Source: Nostoc punctiforme PCC 73102 (GTDB lineage Bacteria; Cyanobacteriota; Cyanobacteriia; Cyanobacteriales; Nostocaceae). Taken from it: a DNA stretch of 32,000 nucleotides. Positions 1-11,415 of this stretch are shown here, piece after piece; positions within the stretch are counted from its first letter, which is position 1, and every line of letters begins with the position of its first letter. The stretch is taken from assembly GCF_000020025.1 (NCBI RefSeq), contig NC_010630.1, positions 90,001 through 122,000 of the forward strand, read 5' to 3'. The translations under genes were made by a program, and so were the position numbers. The notes below the pieces were generated by a model. It made no database searches, was not told where the DNA came from, and saw nothing but the letters and a program-made list of their open reading frames with translations.

Positions 1-3000
1 GTTGCAGATATTCGTCTAAGATGTATATCTGTGTGTTGGCTATGGGCCTACCGATAGGTGGTGCAAAAGTTGTACCCTTTTCAATTAATGCAAAGGTCGA
101 GTAAGTTGTATCTTCTGAAGGACCATAAAGATTGAAAATATATTTAACTATTTGTTGCTGGTAAATCTGCTGTACCAGTTGATTTTGTAGCGGTTCTCCA
201 GCTAGGTTAACCGTGCTTACTCCCCCTGGTAAACCATTTATGCGAATTAACTCGGTGATGACGGAGGGGACTGTATTAATCAGTGTGACTTGTTCGGCAG
301 CAGGTAAGGTAGGTAAATGTAAGGCATTCTCAGCCAAGATAACTTTTCTACCCCAGGATAGAGGTACAAATAACTCAAAAACTGATAAATCAAAACAGAT
401 TGAGGTACAAGCTAAAACACCAGCCAGTTGTTCTGGAGTAAATACCTCTTTAGCCCAAGCGACTAAGGCAACTGGGCTGTGATGTTCTATAGCTACTCCT
501 TTTGGCTTACCTGTAGAGCCAGAGGTATAAAGGACATAAGCCAGGTTTGTGGGTTGAACTTGACTATGAACATTGTCTTTTGGAAATTGAGCGTAGGCGT
601 AGTCTGCTGTAAGTATCGCATCCCAATTTTGATCTAAGTAAACTACCTGCGCTTGATGTTCAGGTAATTTCTCAACTAGATGCTGTTGTGTCAATAATAC
701 AGATATTTGGGCATCTGACAATGCGTAACCCAAACGCTCACTAGGATACCCTGGGTCAAGTGGTACATAAGCCCCACCCGCCTTGAGAATCCCTAACAAT
801 CCCACTACCATCTCTAAAGAACGCTCGATACAAATACCCACCAGCGTATCTGGTTTTACACCCAAAGACTGTAAGTAATGTGCCAACTGGTTAGCGCGAT
901 TATTCAACTGCTGATAAGTCAGTTGTTGATTTTCAAACACCACTGCTACAGCATCGGGTGTACGTGCTACTTGCTCCTCAAACAACTGATGGATACACTT
1001 ATCATAAGGATAATCCGCTTGAGTATCATTCCATTCCACCAACAACTGATTTCGCTCGGGCTTACTCAACAGGGGTAACTCTGATAACTGTTGCTGGGGA
1101 TTAGCCACAATTCCTTCGAGCAGTAATTGAAAATGCCCCGCCATCCGAGTAATCGTAGCAGCATCAAATAAATCGGTGTCGTATTCCCATACCCCTACCA
1201 ACTCCAGATCTGTTTCTAGTATTGATAAAGTTAAATCAAACTTGGTCGTGTCAGTTTCTACTGTCAACGAGCTCATACTCAACCCAGTCATATCTAAAGC
1301 ACTCATCGGCACATTTTGCAGGTCGAACATCACCTGAAATAGGGGTGTATGGCTTAAAGAACGCTCTGGTTGTAATGCTTCTACCAACTGCTCGAAGGGG
1401 ATGTCTTGATGTGTATAGGCTTCTAGGGCTACCGATCTTACTCGCGACAGTAATTCGGCAAAACTGGGGTTGCCTGATAAATCGGTTCGCATTACCAGGG
1501 TGTTGACGAAAAAGCCAATCAATCCTTCAATTTCCTGGTGCTGGCGGTTAGCTATCGGCGTCCCTACACAAATGTCATCGCTGCTAGTATAGCGGTAGAG
1601 CAAGGTATCAAATGCCGCCAATAAGGTCATGAACAGAGTTACACCTTGCTGCCGACTCAATAACCGCAGTGCTTGCGATAGTTCCACTGGAATTGTGATC
1701 TGTTGATGAGATCCTCGGAAAGATTGGAATGCTGGTCGCGGGCGATCTGTTGGCAGTGCCAATAATGTGGACACCCCAGCTAGTTTTTTTTGCCAGTAAT
1801 TAAGTTGAGATTCTAGGACTTCACCCTGCAACCACTTGCGCTGCCAAGCGGCAAAATCTACATACTGAACCGATAGTTTTGGTAATGGTGAAGGTTGACC
1901 TTGAGAATAAGCATTATACAGTGCGGCTAACTCTCGGACAAACACTCCCATTGACCAACCATCGGAGATGATGTGGTGCATGGTCAGCAACAAGACGTGT
2001 TCTGTCTGATGAACTTGCACCAGTTTCGTCCGCACTAACGGCTCTTGCGCTAGGTCAAAGGGTTGCTGGGCTGAATCGGTTCCTAAGCGAGTCGTTTCTA
2101 GTTCTCGTGCTGCTTCTGGTAGAGATTGTAAGTCGATCACCTCCAGCGTCAAATTGTGGGTGGCAGCGATGACTTGCACTGGAATACCATCTGTGGCGGT
2201 AAAGTTGGTGCGTAAGGCTTCGTGGCGACGGATGATCTCATTGATACTCTCTTGCAGAGCCACCACATCGAGTTGACCGGCCATACGTAGGAATACCGGA
2301 ATGTTGTAAAAGGCGCTGTGGGGCTGTAATTGGTTTAAAAACCACAATCTCGCTTGAGCAAATGACAAGGGTAGTTCCCCATCTCTGGCAATTGGTCTTA
2401 ACGGTGGTGCGGTTAATTGCTCATCTGGCTGGATGGCTAGTTGAATAATTTGTGCTAACTTGGCGACTGTGGGATGTTGAAATAAACTCCTTAATGGGAT
2501 TTCTAACGAAATGGTGGAACGCACTTGCGCGATCACTTGGGTTGCTAGTAACGAATTTCCGCCTAATTCAAAGAAATTGTCGTGGATACCTATTTGCTCA
2601 ACTTTGAGGATGTTTGCCCAGATGAAGGTTAGCATTTCCTCAATCGGAGTTCGCCCAGCTTCAAACTCTAGCTTCTGGTCGGAACGCATTTCTGGTGCAG
2701 GCAGTGCTTTGCGATCAACTTTGCCATTTGGTGTCAGTGGGAGTGCTTCCAAGATGACGAAGTGTGATGGCACCATATAGGCGGGTAATTGCTCTTGCAA
2801 GAATTCACGCAGATGAGCGATCCTTATCTGTTGCCATCCCGGTTGTGATAGCTTGAACTCAATGGGGTCATGGACTTCCGATGGACTGGCAGGATAGTGC
2901 TCAATAGTAGGCACGACATAGGCTACTAATTGCCGATTGGCTGACTCACCAACAGAGGTGACTAAGGTTTGCTGGACAGATGGATGCTGACCGAGCACGG

Positions 3001-5848
3001 ACTCGATCTCACCCAGCTCGATGCGAAAACCGCGAATCTTTATCTGATGGTCAAGGCGCCCCAGAAACTCAATGTTGCCATTGGGGAGGTAGCGGCCTAA
3101 GTCCCCGGTCTTGTAGAGTCGCTCTCCAGTGACAGGATGGGTGATAAAACTAGTGGCGGTGCGCTCCTCATCCTGCCAGTATCCCCGAGCTAATCCAATG
3201 CCACCGATGTAGAGTTCCCCAGGCACCCACACTGGACGGGCGTTTAACCGATCATCGAACACAACAAAGGTTTGATTGACCAGTGGCTTACCGTAGGGAA
3301 TACTGCTCCAGCTTGGGTCTACCTCATCAATAGGATAGCAGATTGACCAGATGGAGGCTTCGGTTGCTCCTCCCAAACTGACAATCTCCATCTGTGACCA
3401 CAGTTGTCGCAACTGTGCTGGTAAGCTTAACGGGAGCCAATCACCGCTCAGGAGAGCTAAGCGCAGACCCTGTGGTGGCGTCATCCGCTCCCTGCTGAGA
3501 TAGTCAGCTAGCATTTGCCCCAACGCTGGTACTGTATTCCAGAGGGTGACATGATGTTGTCTCATCAACTCCACCCAATGGGCAGGTTCCTTCACTTCAG
3601 TTACCCCCGGCATGACAATCGTGCCTCCGGCCGCTAACACGCCAAAGATGTCATAGACGGACAGGTCAAAGTTGAGGGCTGAAAGAGCTAACACCCGATC
3701 TGCTGGGCTCACACAGAAGCGGGAATTGATATCTAGCAGAGTATTGACAGCACTGCAATGGTCGATAGCCACGCCCTTGGGAATCCCGGTAGAGCCAGAA
3801 GTGTAGATGACATAAGCCAAATCCTCTGGTGTCTGCACCCAGGCTAAGGGCAGAGTTGGCTCCTGAGATTGCATCCTCTCATCTATTAGCATCACTGGGA
3901 TTAACCCAACCCAGGCGCTGGTTGCCACTAAGGGATCATCCGTGACAATGACACGGGCTTGACTTTGCTCCAATAGTTGCTGCTGACGTTGGGATGGTAA
4001 CTGGGGATCTATTGGCACATAGGCGGCTCCCGACATCAACACTCCCAACACCGCAGCTACCTGTTTCCAACCCTTGGATATGACTACTGCTACCAATGAG
4101 TTGGGTTTTGCCCCTAACTGCTGTAAACGATGACCAACCTGATTGGCTAGTCTCCATAATTCTTCATATGTCAATACTCGCTCTGGTGAAATCACGGCGG
4201 GTGAGTGCTTTCTGAGTTCTGCTTGTTTGGCGAATAACGTATGTAGCAACTCACCGCTATTGGGTGCGGGCGTTTGATTGACCCCTGCCCTTTGCTCTAG
4301 TTGGTAAGCTGGCACTAATTGTCGTTGGGGTTGCTGCCAAACGGCTTCTTTTGTTGCTAACTCGACCAATAATTGACAATATGTTTCAAACATATCGTCT
4401 ATCATTTCCTCTGGGAATAAGTCTGCCACCACATCCCAATTAAACACTAATCTCTCTTCTTCCTCTGATACTTGATGATCTAGCCACACCTGCGGGGTTT
4501 GGCTGACACCATAAACTATTTCACCTAGTTGATTTAATCCGTTGGCGGTGTTGGTCAAAAAATTATGTGTTAAAGCGCTAGTGAAAACTACTGGCATCAT
4601 GGCTCGGTGCGTACCGCCTTGTCGTCGCGCTAATTCTCGCATTACCTCGACACCACTAACATAGCGATGGTCTAAATCCTGCCACAATTGTTGCTGTAGT
4701 CGGAGGGCACGGTTGCCAAATGTTTCTGAGGTGGAGTTATTTACTTCCAGTAACGTTACTGATGTGAAGTCGCCCACAATCTCATTCACTTGGGGATGCA
4801 ACGGTAGGCGATTAAACAGGGTGAGATTGATAGTAAATTTTGGACTCTTACTCCACGCCGTCAGCACCTCGGCAAATGCTGCTAGCAATACTCCAGATGG
4901 GGTTAATCCCACTGCCTGGGCACGCTGTTTTAATTGTTGCCACTTCTGTTGGTCTAATTGAGCACTGTGACGCACAAATGTTGGCTGTTTGAGGACACTC
5001 TTTGCTAAGGGTAATTCCGGTGCTGGGGGTAAAGTATCTAATCGGTTCCACCAGTAGCTTTGTGCCCGTTGATATAATTGTGTTTCTTTTACCTGTCTCT
5101 CTGCTAGAACATAGTCCCGGAATGATAGTTCTAATGGCGGCAGTTGAGTTTCTGGGTTCTGGTAAAGTTGATTCAACTCTTTTAACAACTGCTGTAAACT
5201 CCCTAAATCTGCCATTAGCAGATCGAAACTCACGTGAAGTCGATATCGCTTTTGGTCAAAACGAGTGGCTCGGATCTCAAATAGTGGCCATTTATCAGGT
5301 GGCAGCACCTGGTGAGACATTTGCTCGCGAATCTCTTCACATTTAACGACTGCAACTTCAGGTTCGAATTCTTGTAAATTTAATATTTCAATCTCATAGG
5401 GCGGAACCGCCTTTAAAATTTGTTGCTCGCCACTGGGTAGCACAACCGCCCGTAGCATATCGTGACGTAAAATTAACTTTTGCCAAGCCTCTTTGAAAAG
5501 TTTTATATCTAAATTATTACTGTCAATTTCTATGTAAGCATGGGTAGCAACATTACCCAACTCGAAGGTACTACTGCGACCCAGCCAGTAAGCCTGCTGG
5601 ATATCTGTTAGAGGAAAAGGTTGATAGTGCTGCTCTGGCCTCGCTTTAATAGGGGGTAAGGAAGAATCATAACCACCTATTGTGTTCTGGCGTAGCAACT
5701 CAATAACATCTGCCTTATGAGTGGTAAGTGTATCAAGTAATTCTTGTGTCAGTACTCCCTTATGAGCACGAATACGCAGTTGATCTCCTTCCACCCAAAG
5801 CTTTACTTTTCGATTAAAAAGCTCAATTATAAGTTCATTTTTGTTCAT
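1..5848 (-). CDS. Non-ribosomal peptide synthetase, 3'-partial (leaves window at left edge): TubC-type N-terminal docking domain - Cy (heterocyclization) - A (Cys-type code) - PCP - C - A (partial)
   Basis: The minus frame is open from ATG 5848-5846 to the window edge. I translated both ends: MNKNELIIELFNRKVKLWVEGDQLRIRAHKG... at the 5' end and ...GRPIANTQIYILDEYLQ ending at nt 4-2. Motifs read directly: Cy FPLTDIQQAYWLGR (5581-5620) and DLLMAD, the DxxxxD motif (5207-5224). A-core AYVIYTSGSTGIP (3779-3818) has specificity residues DLYNLSLIW. PCP FFELGGNSLLA lies at ~2540-2580 and C-domain HHIISDGWS at ~1952-1981. The second A core LAYVLYTSGSTGKPKG (~505-548) has residues DLFNNALTY. The ORF track omits it because there is no stop in the window. 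It starts 5 nt after the PKS stop. Confidence 0.9.
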   Translation of the reverse strand, partial: MNKNELIIELFNRKVKLWVEGDQLRIRAHKGVLTQELLDTLTTHKADVIELLRQNTIGGYDSSLPPIKARPEQHYQPFPLTDIQQAYWLGRSSTFELGNVATHAYIEIDSNNLDIKLFKEAWQKLILRHDMLRAVVLPSGEQQILKAVPPYEIEILNLQEFEPEVAVVKCEEIREQMSHQVLPPDKWPLFEIRATRFDQKRYRLHVSFDLLMADLGSLQQLLKELNQLYQNPETQLPPLELSFRDYVLAERQVKETQLYQRAQSYWWNRLDTLPPAPELPLAKSVLKQPTFVRHSAQLDQQKWQQLKQRAQAVGLTPSGVLLAAFAEVLTAWSKSPKFTINLTLFNRLPLHPQVNEIVGDFTSVTLLEVNNSTSETFGNRALRLQQQLWQDLDHRYVSGVEVMRELARRQGGTHRAMMPVVFTSALTHNFLTNTANGLNQLGEIVYGVSQTPQVWLDHQVSEEEERLVFNWDVVADLFPEEMIDDMFETYCQLLVELATKEAVWQQPQRQLVPAYQLEQRAGVNQTPAPNSGELLHTLFAKQAELRKHSPAVISPERVLTYEELWRLANQVGHRLQQLGAKPNSLVAVVISKGWKQVAAVLGVLMSGAAYVPIDPQLPSQRQQQLLEQSQARVIVTDDPLVATSAWVGLIPVMLIDERMQSQEPTLPLAWVQTPEDLAYVIYTSGSTGIPKGVAIDHCSAVNTLLDINSRFCVSPADRVLALSALNFDLSVYDIFGVLAAGGTIVMPGVTEVKEPAHWVELMRQHHVTLWNTVPALGQMLADYLSRERMTPPQGLRLALLSGDWLPLSLPAQLRQLWSQMEIVSLGGATEASIWSICYPIDEVDPSWSSIPYGKPLVNQTFVVFDDRLNARPVWVPGELYIGGIGLARGYWQDEERTATSFITHPVTGERLYKTGDLGRYLPNGNIEFLGRLDHQIKIRGFRIELGEIESVLGQHPSVQQTLVTSVGESANRQLVAYVVPTIEHYPASPSEVHDPIEFKLSQPGWQQIRIAHLREFLQEQLPAYMVPSHFVILEALPLTPNGKVDRKALPAPEMRSDQKLEFEAGRTPIEEMLTFIWANILKVEQIGIHDNFFELGGNSLLATQVIAQVRSTISLEIPLRSLFQHPTVAKLAQIIQLAIQPDEQLTAPPLRPIARDGELPLSFAQARLWFLNQLQPHSAFYNIPVFLRMAGQLDVVALQESINEIIRRHEALRTNFTATDGIPVQVIAATHNLTLEVIDLQSLPEAARELETTRLGTDSAQQPFDLAQEPLVRTKLVQVHQTEHVLLLTMHHIISDGWSMGVFVRELAALYNAYSQGQPSPLPKLSVQYVDFAAWQRKWLQGEVLESQLNYWQKKLAGVSTLLALPTDRPRPAFQSFRGSHQQITIPVELSQALRLLSRQQGVTLFMTLLAAFDTLLYRYTSSDDICVGTPIANRQHQEIEGLIGFFVNTLVMRTDLSGNPSFAELLSRVRSVALEAYTHQDIPFEQLVEALQPERSLSHTPLFQVMFDLQNVPMSALDMTGLSMSSLTVETDTTKFDLTLSILETDLELVGVWEYDTDLFDAATITRMAGHFQLLLEGIVANPQQQLSELPLLSKPERNQLLVEWNDTQADYPYDKCIHQLFEEQVARTPDAVAVVFENQQLTYQQLNNRANQLAHYLQSLGVKPDTLVGICIERSLEMVVGLLGILKAGGAYVPLDPGYPSERLGYALSDAQISVLLTQQHLVEKLPEHQAQVVYLDQNWDAILTADYAYAQFPKDNVHSQVQPTNLAYVLYTSGSTGKPKGVAIEHHSPVALVAWAKEVFTPEQLAGVLACTSICFDLSVFELFVPLSWGRKVILAENALHLPTLPAAEQVTLINTVPSVITELIRINGLPGGVSTVNLAGEPLQNQLVQQIYQQQIVKYIFNLYGPSEDTTYSTFALIEKGTTFAPPIGRPIANTQIYILDEYLQ

Positions 5849-5853
5849 AAAAT

Positions 5854-8800
5854 TTATAAAATTATTTCTTCTAAATTGTCAGTTAATTCGTTGGATGGCT
5901 GTTCTGATTGGATTAGGCTTGTCAATGCTAATTGCTCAATTAGAGCTAAAGCTAATTGAACGACGCTAGAGCTCTCAGCAATTTTTCGTATCGGCAGTTC
6001 TATCCCCAGTTCATTTTTGATTTTGTTCTTAAAATCAATGCTCATCAAAGAATCAAATCCTAATTCATTTAATGATTGGTTTGGATCTATCTGTTGGGAT
6101 GAGCTAATTCCAAGAACTTTAGCTACCCCATCTTGAAGATAAGCAACTAAAAGTTCCAAACGTTCGTTTGCAGAAGCTTCTTTTAAACGACGTATCAATT
6201 CGATTTGCTTAACTTGTGATTGGCCATCTTTTACTTGTTGCTGCAATTGGTAAACAAACTCAGAGAAGAAGGGGGGTTCACCACCGGGCGGGAATTGCTG
6301 TAGAAATTTTGACCATTTTACAGGTAAAACTCCAACTTGAACTGAGGATTGCAATAGCAAATAATCTAATACCTGCAATCCCTCCTTAGAATTTATGAAC
6401 TCCATCCCTTTCCTCCCAAGAAGCCGCTCACCTTCCCGGCGATCAGGTTCGGGTGTCGATTCTTTTAGCGACCAAACCCCCCAGTTGATGCTTAATCCTG
6501 CTAGTCCCCGATTTCGACGATAATGAGCTAAGGCATCTAGAAAAGCATTAGCAGCCGCATAGTTGGCTTGACCTGAATTACCCAGTAGAGAACTAAGCGA
6601 AGAAAACAACACAAAGAACTCCAAGGGAGTGTCTTGGGTCAAAGTGTGTAGATTCCATGCTCCTTCGACCTTGGAAGCCATTACCTGGCTAAAGCGCTCC
6701 CAAGAAAGTTGCAGCAGCGTGCTGTCATCGATGACTCCAGCAGCGTGAATGACCCCTCGCAAAGGTGGCAGGGATTGCTTGATTTCTGCTAGTACCTGGG
6801 CGATTTGTCCTTCCTGGGATACATCTGCCATCCGCACTACCACTTGAGTGCCCATCTGTTCTAGTTCCCTTAGCTGACTGTTAGCAGCAAAACTAGCACT
6901 GTTACGCCCTAATATAACTAGGTACTTTGCTCCACATTCCACCAACCAACGAGCCACTAGCAAACCTAGATATCCCAACCCTCCTGTAATTAAGTAAGTA
7001 CTATCGCCACGACAATTAAGCTTATTGTGAACTACAGGAGCCTGAAACTGCCTAGACACCAGCCTCGGCACCAGACGGTTGCCCTTGCAAAAAGCCACTT
7101 GATCTTCTGAACTTTTTGACCAGATTTCCTCAAATAAAGTTTGTGCATTATCATCTGGTGCATTCGGATCCAAATCCACCCGCACGCAGTTAAATTCTGG
7201 ATATTCCAAGGCGATAACTTTCCCCATTCCCCATAGGGGAGATTGAGCAACTCCTGAAACAGCAGACTCTACCCCCACTAAAATAGCACCTCGGGTAACT
7301 AACCACAGAGTAGGAGGCTGCTTCAATTCCGCCTTGACCAAGGCTTGAACTAAGTACAAGGTACTACCACATGCTTTATGTGAGGCTGCTTCTAAATCAG
7401 TTACAGTCAAATCTTGTGCCTCTGGTGCCTCTAAGCTCCAAAGATGCACTACCCCCCGTATACCAGTCCCCACTGTTTCTTTGAGCAGCTGTTGAAAGTC
7501 TGCGAAACTGGCAAGGTCGATCCTGAACTCTTGTTCTGCTAACTGTTCGTAATTTTCTCCTGAGAATATTAAAGTACAGGTCTGGCCTCTAGCCCTCAAA
7601 AATGTTGCCAATTGTTGACCAATCCCCAAACTATCAGCCAAAATTAGCCAATTTTTATACTGATCTCCGATCGCTTCATTTACCTGGGGCAATATGCGCT
7701 CGCTAATTGCAGAGGGAGTAAGCAAATTTTCGGCTGGTGATAGTGGGAATAGACGTGCCTGCGATCGCCACTCTACTTCATATAAAGAATTAAGCAGAAG
7801 CTGGGGTGCTGTACCCACCAGAGCTTCACTGCTTACTTGCTTAAGCACTAAACCTTCCACAGTTATTATCACCCGTCCATCTGGACTAACTAGTTGCAAG
7901 TCAGCAGTCAAGGTCTGTTGATTTGTTTCTTTAACCGGACGCATTTGAGCGTAACTCCATAAGGTAGAGTCTGGATAACCGAACACAGCAAGGCGTTCTA
8001 AACCCACCAAAACATATGTATCTTCCGTGTTGGTATCGTGGATACCAGCCTTTAAAACCTGAAAGCAGGCATCTAGCAGCGAGGGATGTAACTTATAATT
8101 CACAGCTTCTAAATGCAATGCCTCTGGCAAACGAATCTGACCTAAAACTTCTCCATTCTGTCGCCAAAGTCGTTCAATCCCTTGGAAGCTAGCTCCATAG
8201 TCAATTCCCTGATCGCAACACTTCTGGTAATAGTCTTCAGGTGATATTTCTTCACTACGCTGGGTTAATTGTTCTAAGTTAACATGAGGAATTTCCAAGC
8301 CTTTCTCTGACAGCAGTAATTTAGCGGATGCATGGAGTATCCATAAATCAGCTGATTGTTCTGCCACTTGATTAAAGCTAAAAATCTGGAATGAATACTC
8401 TAAATTCCCTGTAGGGGTCAAAATTAACTGAAGTGTTTTTTCTTGATTCGGTGGCAATATCAGAACTTGATGGATGACAAATTCTTCTAAAATTAACTTG
8501 TCTGATTTGAAAACTTCAGCTCCAGCAAACAAAGCCATTTCTAAGTAACCTGACGCTGGAAAAATAGTTTGTTGGTAGATCCGATGGTGTTCTAAAAAAG
8601 CAGGAAAATTTTCGCTAATTTTGGATTCAAATTGAATCTCGTTATTTTTAAGCGCTGCCGATTGCAATCTTTGACCGAGTAAGGGGTGAATTACCTGGTT
8701 TCGGATGCCATTTAGTGCTAGGTGGGACTTAGTATCAATTAAAATTCCAGGTTTATCGATCCAATAGCGCTGTCGTTGGAAAGGATAAGTCGGCAGTTCT

Positions 8801-11415
8801 AACCTGGAACGCAGATAGTTTTGGTCAAAGCCAAACCAGTCTACTTGCACACCACGAACATATAGCGCTGCTAAACTCTGAAGTAGTTGTTGCCAATCTG
8901 AATACCTTTGGCGCAAACTGGGTATGAAAACTCCCACTTCATCCAAACACTGATGCCCCATATCCAATAATGTTGGGTTCGGGCCTATTTCCACAAAAAC
9001 TTCACAACCCCGATCGTGAAGTGTCTTCATGCCCTCAGCAAATCTTACTGGCTGCTTGATATGGCGACACCAGTATTCTGGCGTTGCTATTTCACTACCA
9101 ATCAGTTTTCCAGTAACATTTGAACTCAATTCAATTTTAGGAGCAGAATATGCAATAGAGGCGGCAACCTTTTCAAAATCCGCCAAGATTGGTTCCATCA
9201 TCGGTGAGTGGAAGGCATGGGAAACCTTTAATTTTTTCGTCTTGATTCCTTCTGCTTCCAAAACAGCACATACTGCTTCTACCGCTTTATTGCCACCCGA
9301 AATTACCGTATTTTGCGGACTATTGATAGCAGCGATCGCCACTTCCGACGAGACAGCTACAGCTTGAATAGCCTCGCGAACTTTGCTTTCAGAGGCAAAC
9401 ACCGCCACCATTTTGCCATTTTGAGTCAAGGCTTGCATTAAACGTCCGCGTTCACTAATCAGCTTTAAGGCATCCTCTAAGCTGAAAATTTCTGCTACAG
9501 TTGCAGCGACATATTCCCCTATACTATGACCTATGACTATATCTGGTTTAATACCCCAAGACTTCCATAACTCATATAGGGAATACTCTAAAGCAAATAA
9601 AGCGGGTTGTGTATAAGCGGTTTCATCTATTAGTGAAGTTTCCTCAGATTCTGGATACAAGATACTGAGTAGGGATTTTTCTAAATAGGGACGTAGAATG
9701 TCATTGCAACGATCAAGAGTTTGACGAAAAATAGGGGCTTCTTCGTAGAGTTGGCGTCCCATACCTATGTATTGGGATCCCTGACCAGTGAATAAAAATG
9801 CTATTTTAGGACTTTCTGCTTCATTTACCTGTCCGCTTACCAGTCCAGCAGCCTCTACCCCAGCAACGAAAGTACCTAATTGCTCTCTCATCTGTGCAAT
9901 GGATTCAGATACCACAGCAAGACGGCAATCAAAATGCGTTCGTCCTGTATGAGCTGTAAAGCAAATATCTGGATGAGACGCTTCAGGATGAGACGCTAAG
10001 AAATTCTCATAGCGACTTGCCAGTTCTTGCAAAGCCTTTTGACTTTTTGCTGATAGGCTAAGAATGTGTAATGAGCGCTCAACTTGATTGGCTACTGGTA
10101 TTAGTGCTGGCGCTTCTTCTAAAATCACATGAGCGTTAGTACCTCCCATGCCAAAAGAGCTGACTCCGGCACAGCGAGGTTTTCCATCCGTTTTCCATTC
10201 AGACAGCTTGGTATTGACGTAAAAAGGACTGTTAGCAAAATCAATTTGGGGATTAGGTTCTTCAAAGTGCAGGCTAGGTGGCAACAACTTATATTTGAGC
10301 GCTAGAACCGTTTTGATCAGACCTGCAACACCAGCAGCTGCATCTAAATGTCCAATGTTTGTTTTGACAGAACCAATAGCGCAGAAACCCTTTTTCTGCG
10401 TAGTAGTGCGAAAAACTTGTGTGAGGGCGGCAATTTCAATCGGGTCTCCTAGATTTGTTCCTGTACCATGTGCCTCTATATAAGAAATTGTCTCAGCATC
10501 AATCCCAGCCATAGCATGAGCCATAGCAATTACCTCGGACTGACCATCCACGCTGGGAGCAGTATAGCCAACTTTCAGTGCACCATCGTTGTTAATAGCT
10601 GTCCCCTTGATAATTGCATGGATGCAGTCTCGATCGGTGATAGCATCTGCCAACCGTTTTAAAACTACAATTCCTACGCCACTGCCATATATAGTTCCCC
10701 CTGCTTTAGCATCGAAAGAACGGCAGTGTCCGTCAGGAGATAGGATACTTCCTTCTTCGTAAATATAGCCAATTTCTTGCGGAACTCTGACTGTAATGCC
10801 ACCAGCTAAAGCTAGATCGCATTGATAACTCAATAAGCTATCGCAGCCCATGATTACAGATACTAAAGATGTGGAACAAGCTGTTTGAATGGTAACGCTC
10901 AAACCTTTGAGGTTTAATTTGTAAGATGTATGCGTAGCTAAATAATCTTTATCATTTCCAATCAAATTCTGGAGATAATTTGTTGCTTTTGTTAAGTCCA
11001 AAGTATGCAAAAGATTAAACAACAGGTAGTTGCTAATGCTTTTTCCTGCAAAAACCCCAGTGGAGCAGTTAGATTTTTTAGGATTGTAACCTGCATTTTC
11101 CAGAGCTTCCCAGGCACACTCCATAAAAATGCGGTGCTGGGGATCTGTGATTTCAGCTTCCCTAGGGCTGAAACCGAAGAATGGAGCATCAAACAAATCT
11201 ATGTCTTTTAGGACAGAGCTAGCTTTAACATAGTTTGGATGACCCAACACTGATGGAGATACTCCTGAACCCAATATTCTATCATCATTAAGAAATGAAA
11301 TTGACTCTACACCATTTTTTAAATTCTGCCAAAATTCTTCAAGATTTTTGGCTCCAGGAAATCGACCACTCATGCCAATGATAGCAATATCTCCTGACCG
11401 ATCATATTCACTCAT
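5854..11415 (-). CDS. Type I modular polyketide synthase, one module: KS-AT(malonyl-type)-DH-KR(B-type)-ACP with C-terminal docking tail
   Basis: 1853-aa ORF. KS: DIAIIGMSGRFPGA and active-site TACSTSL (10867-10884). AT: GHSIGEYV (9508-9531) plus HAFHS (9191-9220), the malonyl-type signature. DH: HPLLGQRL (8648-8695), GIDYGASF, LLDACFQ. KR: Rossmann LITGGLGYLG (6965-6994) and AGVIDDSTL (LDD-like, B-type). ACP: LGFDSLMS (6041-6066). No ER or MT. The start overlaps the upstream gene stop as ATGA (11412-11415). Confidence 0.95.
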   Translation of the reverse strand: MSEYDRSGDIAIIGMSGRFPGAKNLEEFWQNLKNGVESISFLNDDRILGSGVSPSVLGHPNYVKASSVLKDIDLFDAPFFGFSPREAEITDPQHRIFMECAWEALENAGYNPKKSNCSTGVFAGKSISNYLLFNLLHTLDLTKATNYLQNLIGNDKDYLATHTSYKLNLKGLSVTIQTACSTSLVSVIMGCDSLLSYQCDLALAGGITVRVPQEIGYIYEEGSILSPDGHCRSFDAKAGGTIYGSGVGIVVLKRLADAITDRDCIHAIIKGTAINNDGALKVGYTAPSVDGQSEVIAMAHAMAGIDAETISYIEAHGTGTNLGDPIEIAALTQVFRTTTQKKGFCAIGSVKTNIGHLDAAAGVAGLIKTVLALKYKLLPPSLHFEEPNPQIDFANSPFYVNTKLSEWKTDGKPRCAGVSSFGMGGTNAHVILEEAPALIPVANQVERSLHILSLSAKSQKALQELASRYENFLASHPEASHPDICFTAHTGRTHFDCRLAVVSESIAQMREQLGTFVAGVEAAGLVSGQVNEAESPKIAFLFTGQGSQYIGMGRQLYEEAPIFRQTLDRCNDILRPYLEKSLLSILYPESEETSLIDETAYTQPALFALEYSLYELWKSWGIKPDIVIGHSIGEYVAATVAEIFSLEDALKLISERGRLMQALTQNGKMVAVFASESKVREAIQAVAVSSEVAIAAINSPQNTVISGGNKAVEAVCAVLEAEGIKTKKLKVSHAFHSPMMEPILADFEKVAASIAYSAPKIELSSNVTGKLIGSEIATPEYWCRHIKQPVRFAEGMKTLHDRGCEVFVEIGPNPTLLDMGHQCLDEVGVFIPSLRQRYSDWQQLLQSLAALYVRGVQVDWFGFDQNYLRSRLELPTYPFQRQRYWIDKPGILIDTKSHLALNGIRNQVIHPLLGQRLQSAALKNNEIQFESKISENFPAFLEHHRIYQQTIFPASGYLEMALFAGAEVFKSDKLILEEFVIHQVLILPPNQEKTLQLILTPTGNLEYSFQIFSFNQVAEQSADLWILHASAKLLLSEKGLEIPHVNLEQLTQRSEEISPEDYYQKCCDQGIDYGASFQGIERLWRQNGEVLGQIRLPEALHLEAVNYKLHPSLLDACFQVLKAGIHDTNTEDTYVLVGLERLAVFGYPDSTLWSYAQMRPVKETNQQTLTADLQLVSPDGRVIITVEGLVLKQVSSEALVGTAPQLLLNSLYEVEWRSQARLFPLSPAENLLTPSAISERILPQVNEAIGDQYKNWLILADSLGIGQQLATFLRARGQTCTLIFSGENYEQLAEQEFRIDLASFADFQQLLKETVGTGIRGVVHLWSLEAPEAQDLTVTDLEAASHKACGSTLYLVQALVKAELKQPPTLWLVTRGAILVGVESAVSGVAQSPLWGMGKVIALEYPEFNCVRVDLDPNAPDDNAQTLFEEIWSKSSEDQVAFCKGNRLVPRLVSRQFQAPVVHNKLNCRGDSTYLITGGLGYLGLLVARWLVECGAKYLVILGRNSASFAANSQLRELEQMGTQVVVRMADVSQEGQIAQVLAEIKQSLPPLRGVIHAAGVIDDSTLLQLSWERFSQVMASKVEGAWNLHTLTQDTPLEFFVLFSSLSSLLGNSGQANYAAANAFLDALAHYRRNRGLAGLSINWGVWSLKESTPEPDRREGERLLGRKGMEFINSKEGLQVLDYLLLQSSVQVGVLPVKWSKFLQQFPPGGEPPFFSEFVYQLQQQVKDGQSQVKQIELIRRLKEASANERLELLVAYLQDGVAKVLGISSSQQIDPNQSLNELGFDSLMSIDFKNKIKNELGIELPIRKIAESSSVVQLALALIEQLALTSLIQSEQPSNELTDNLEEIIL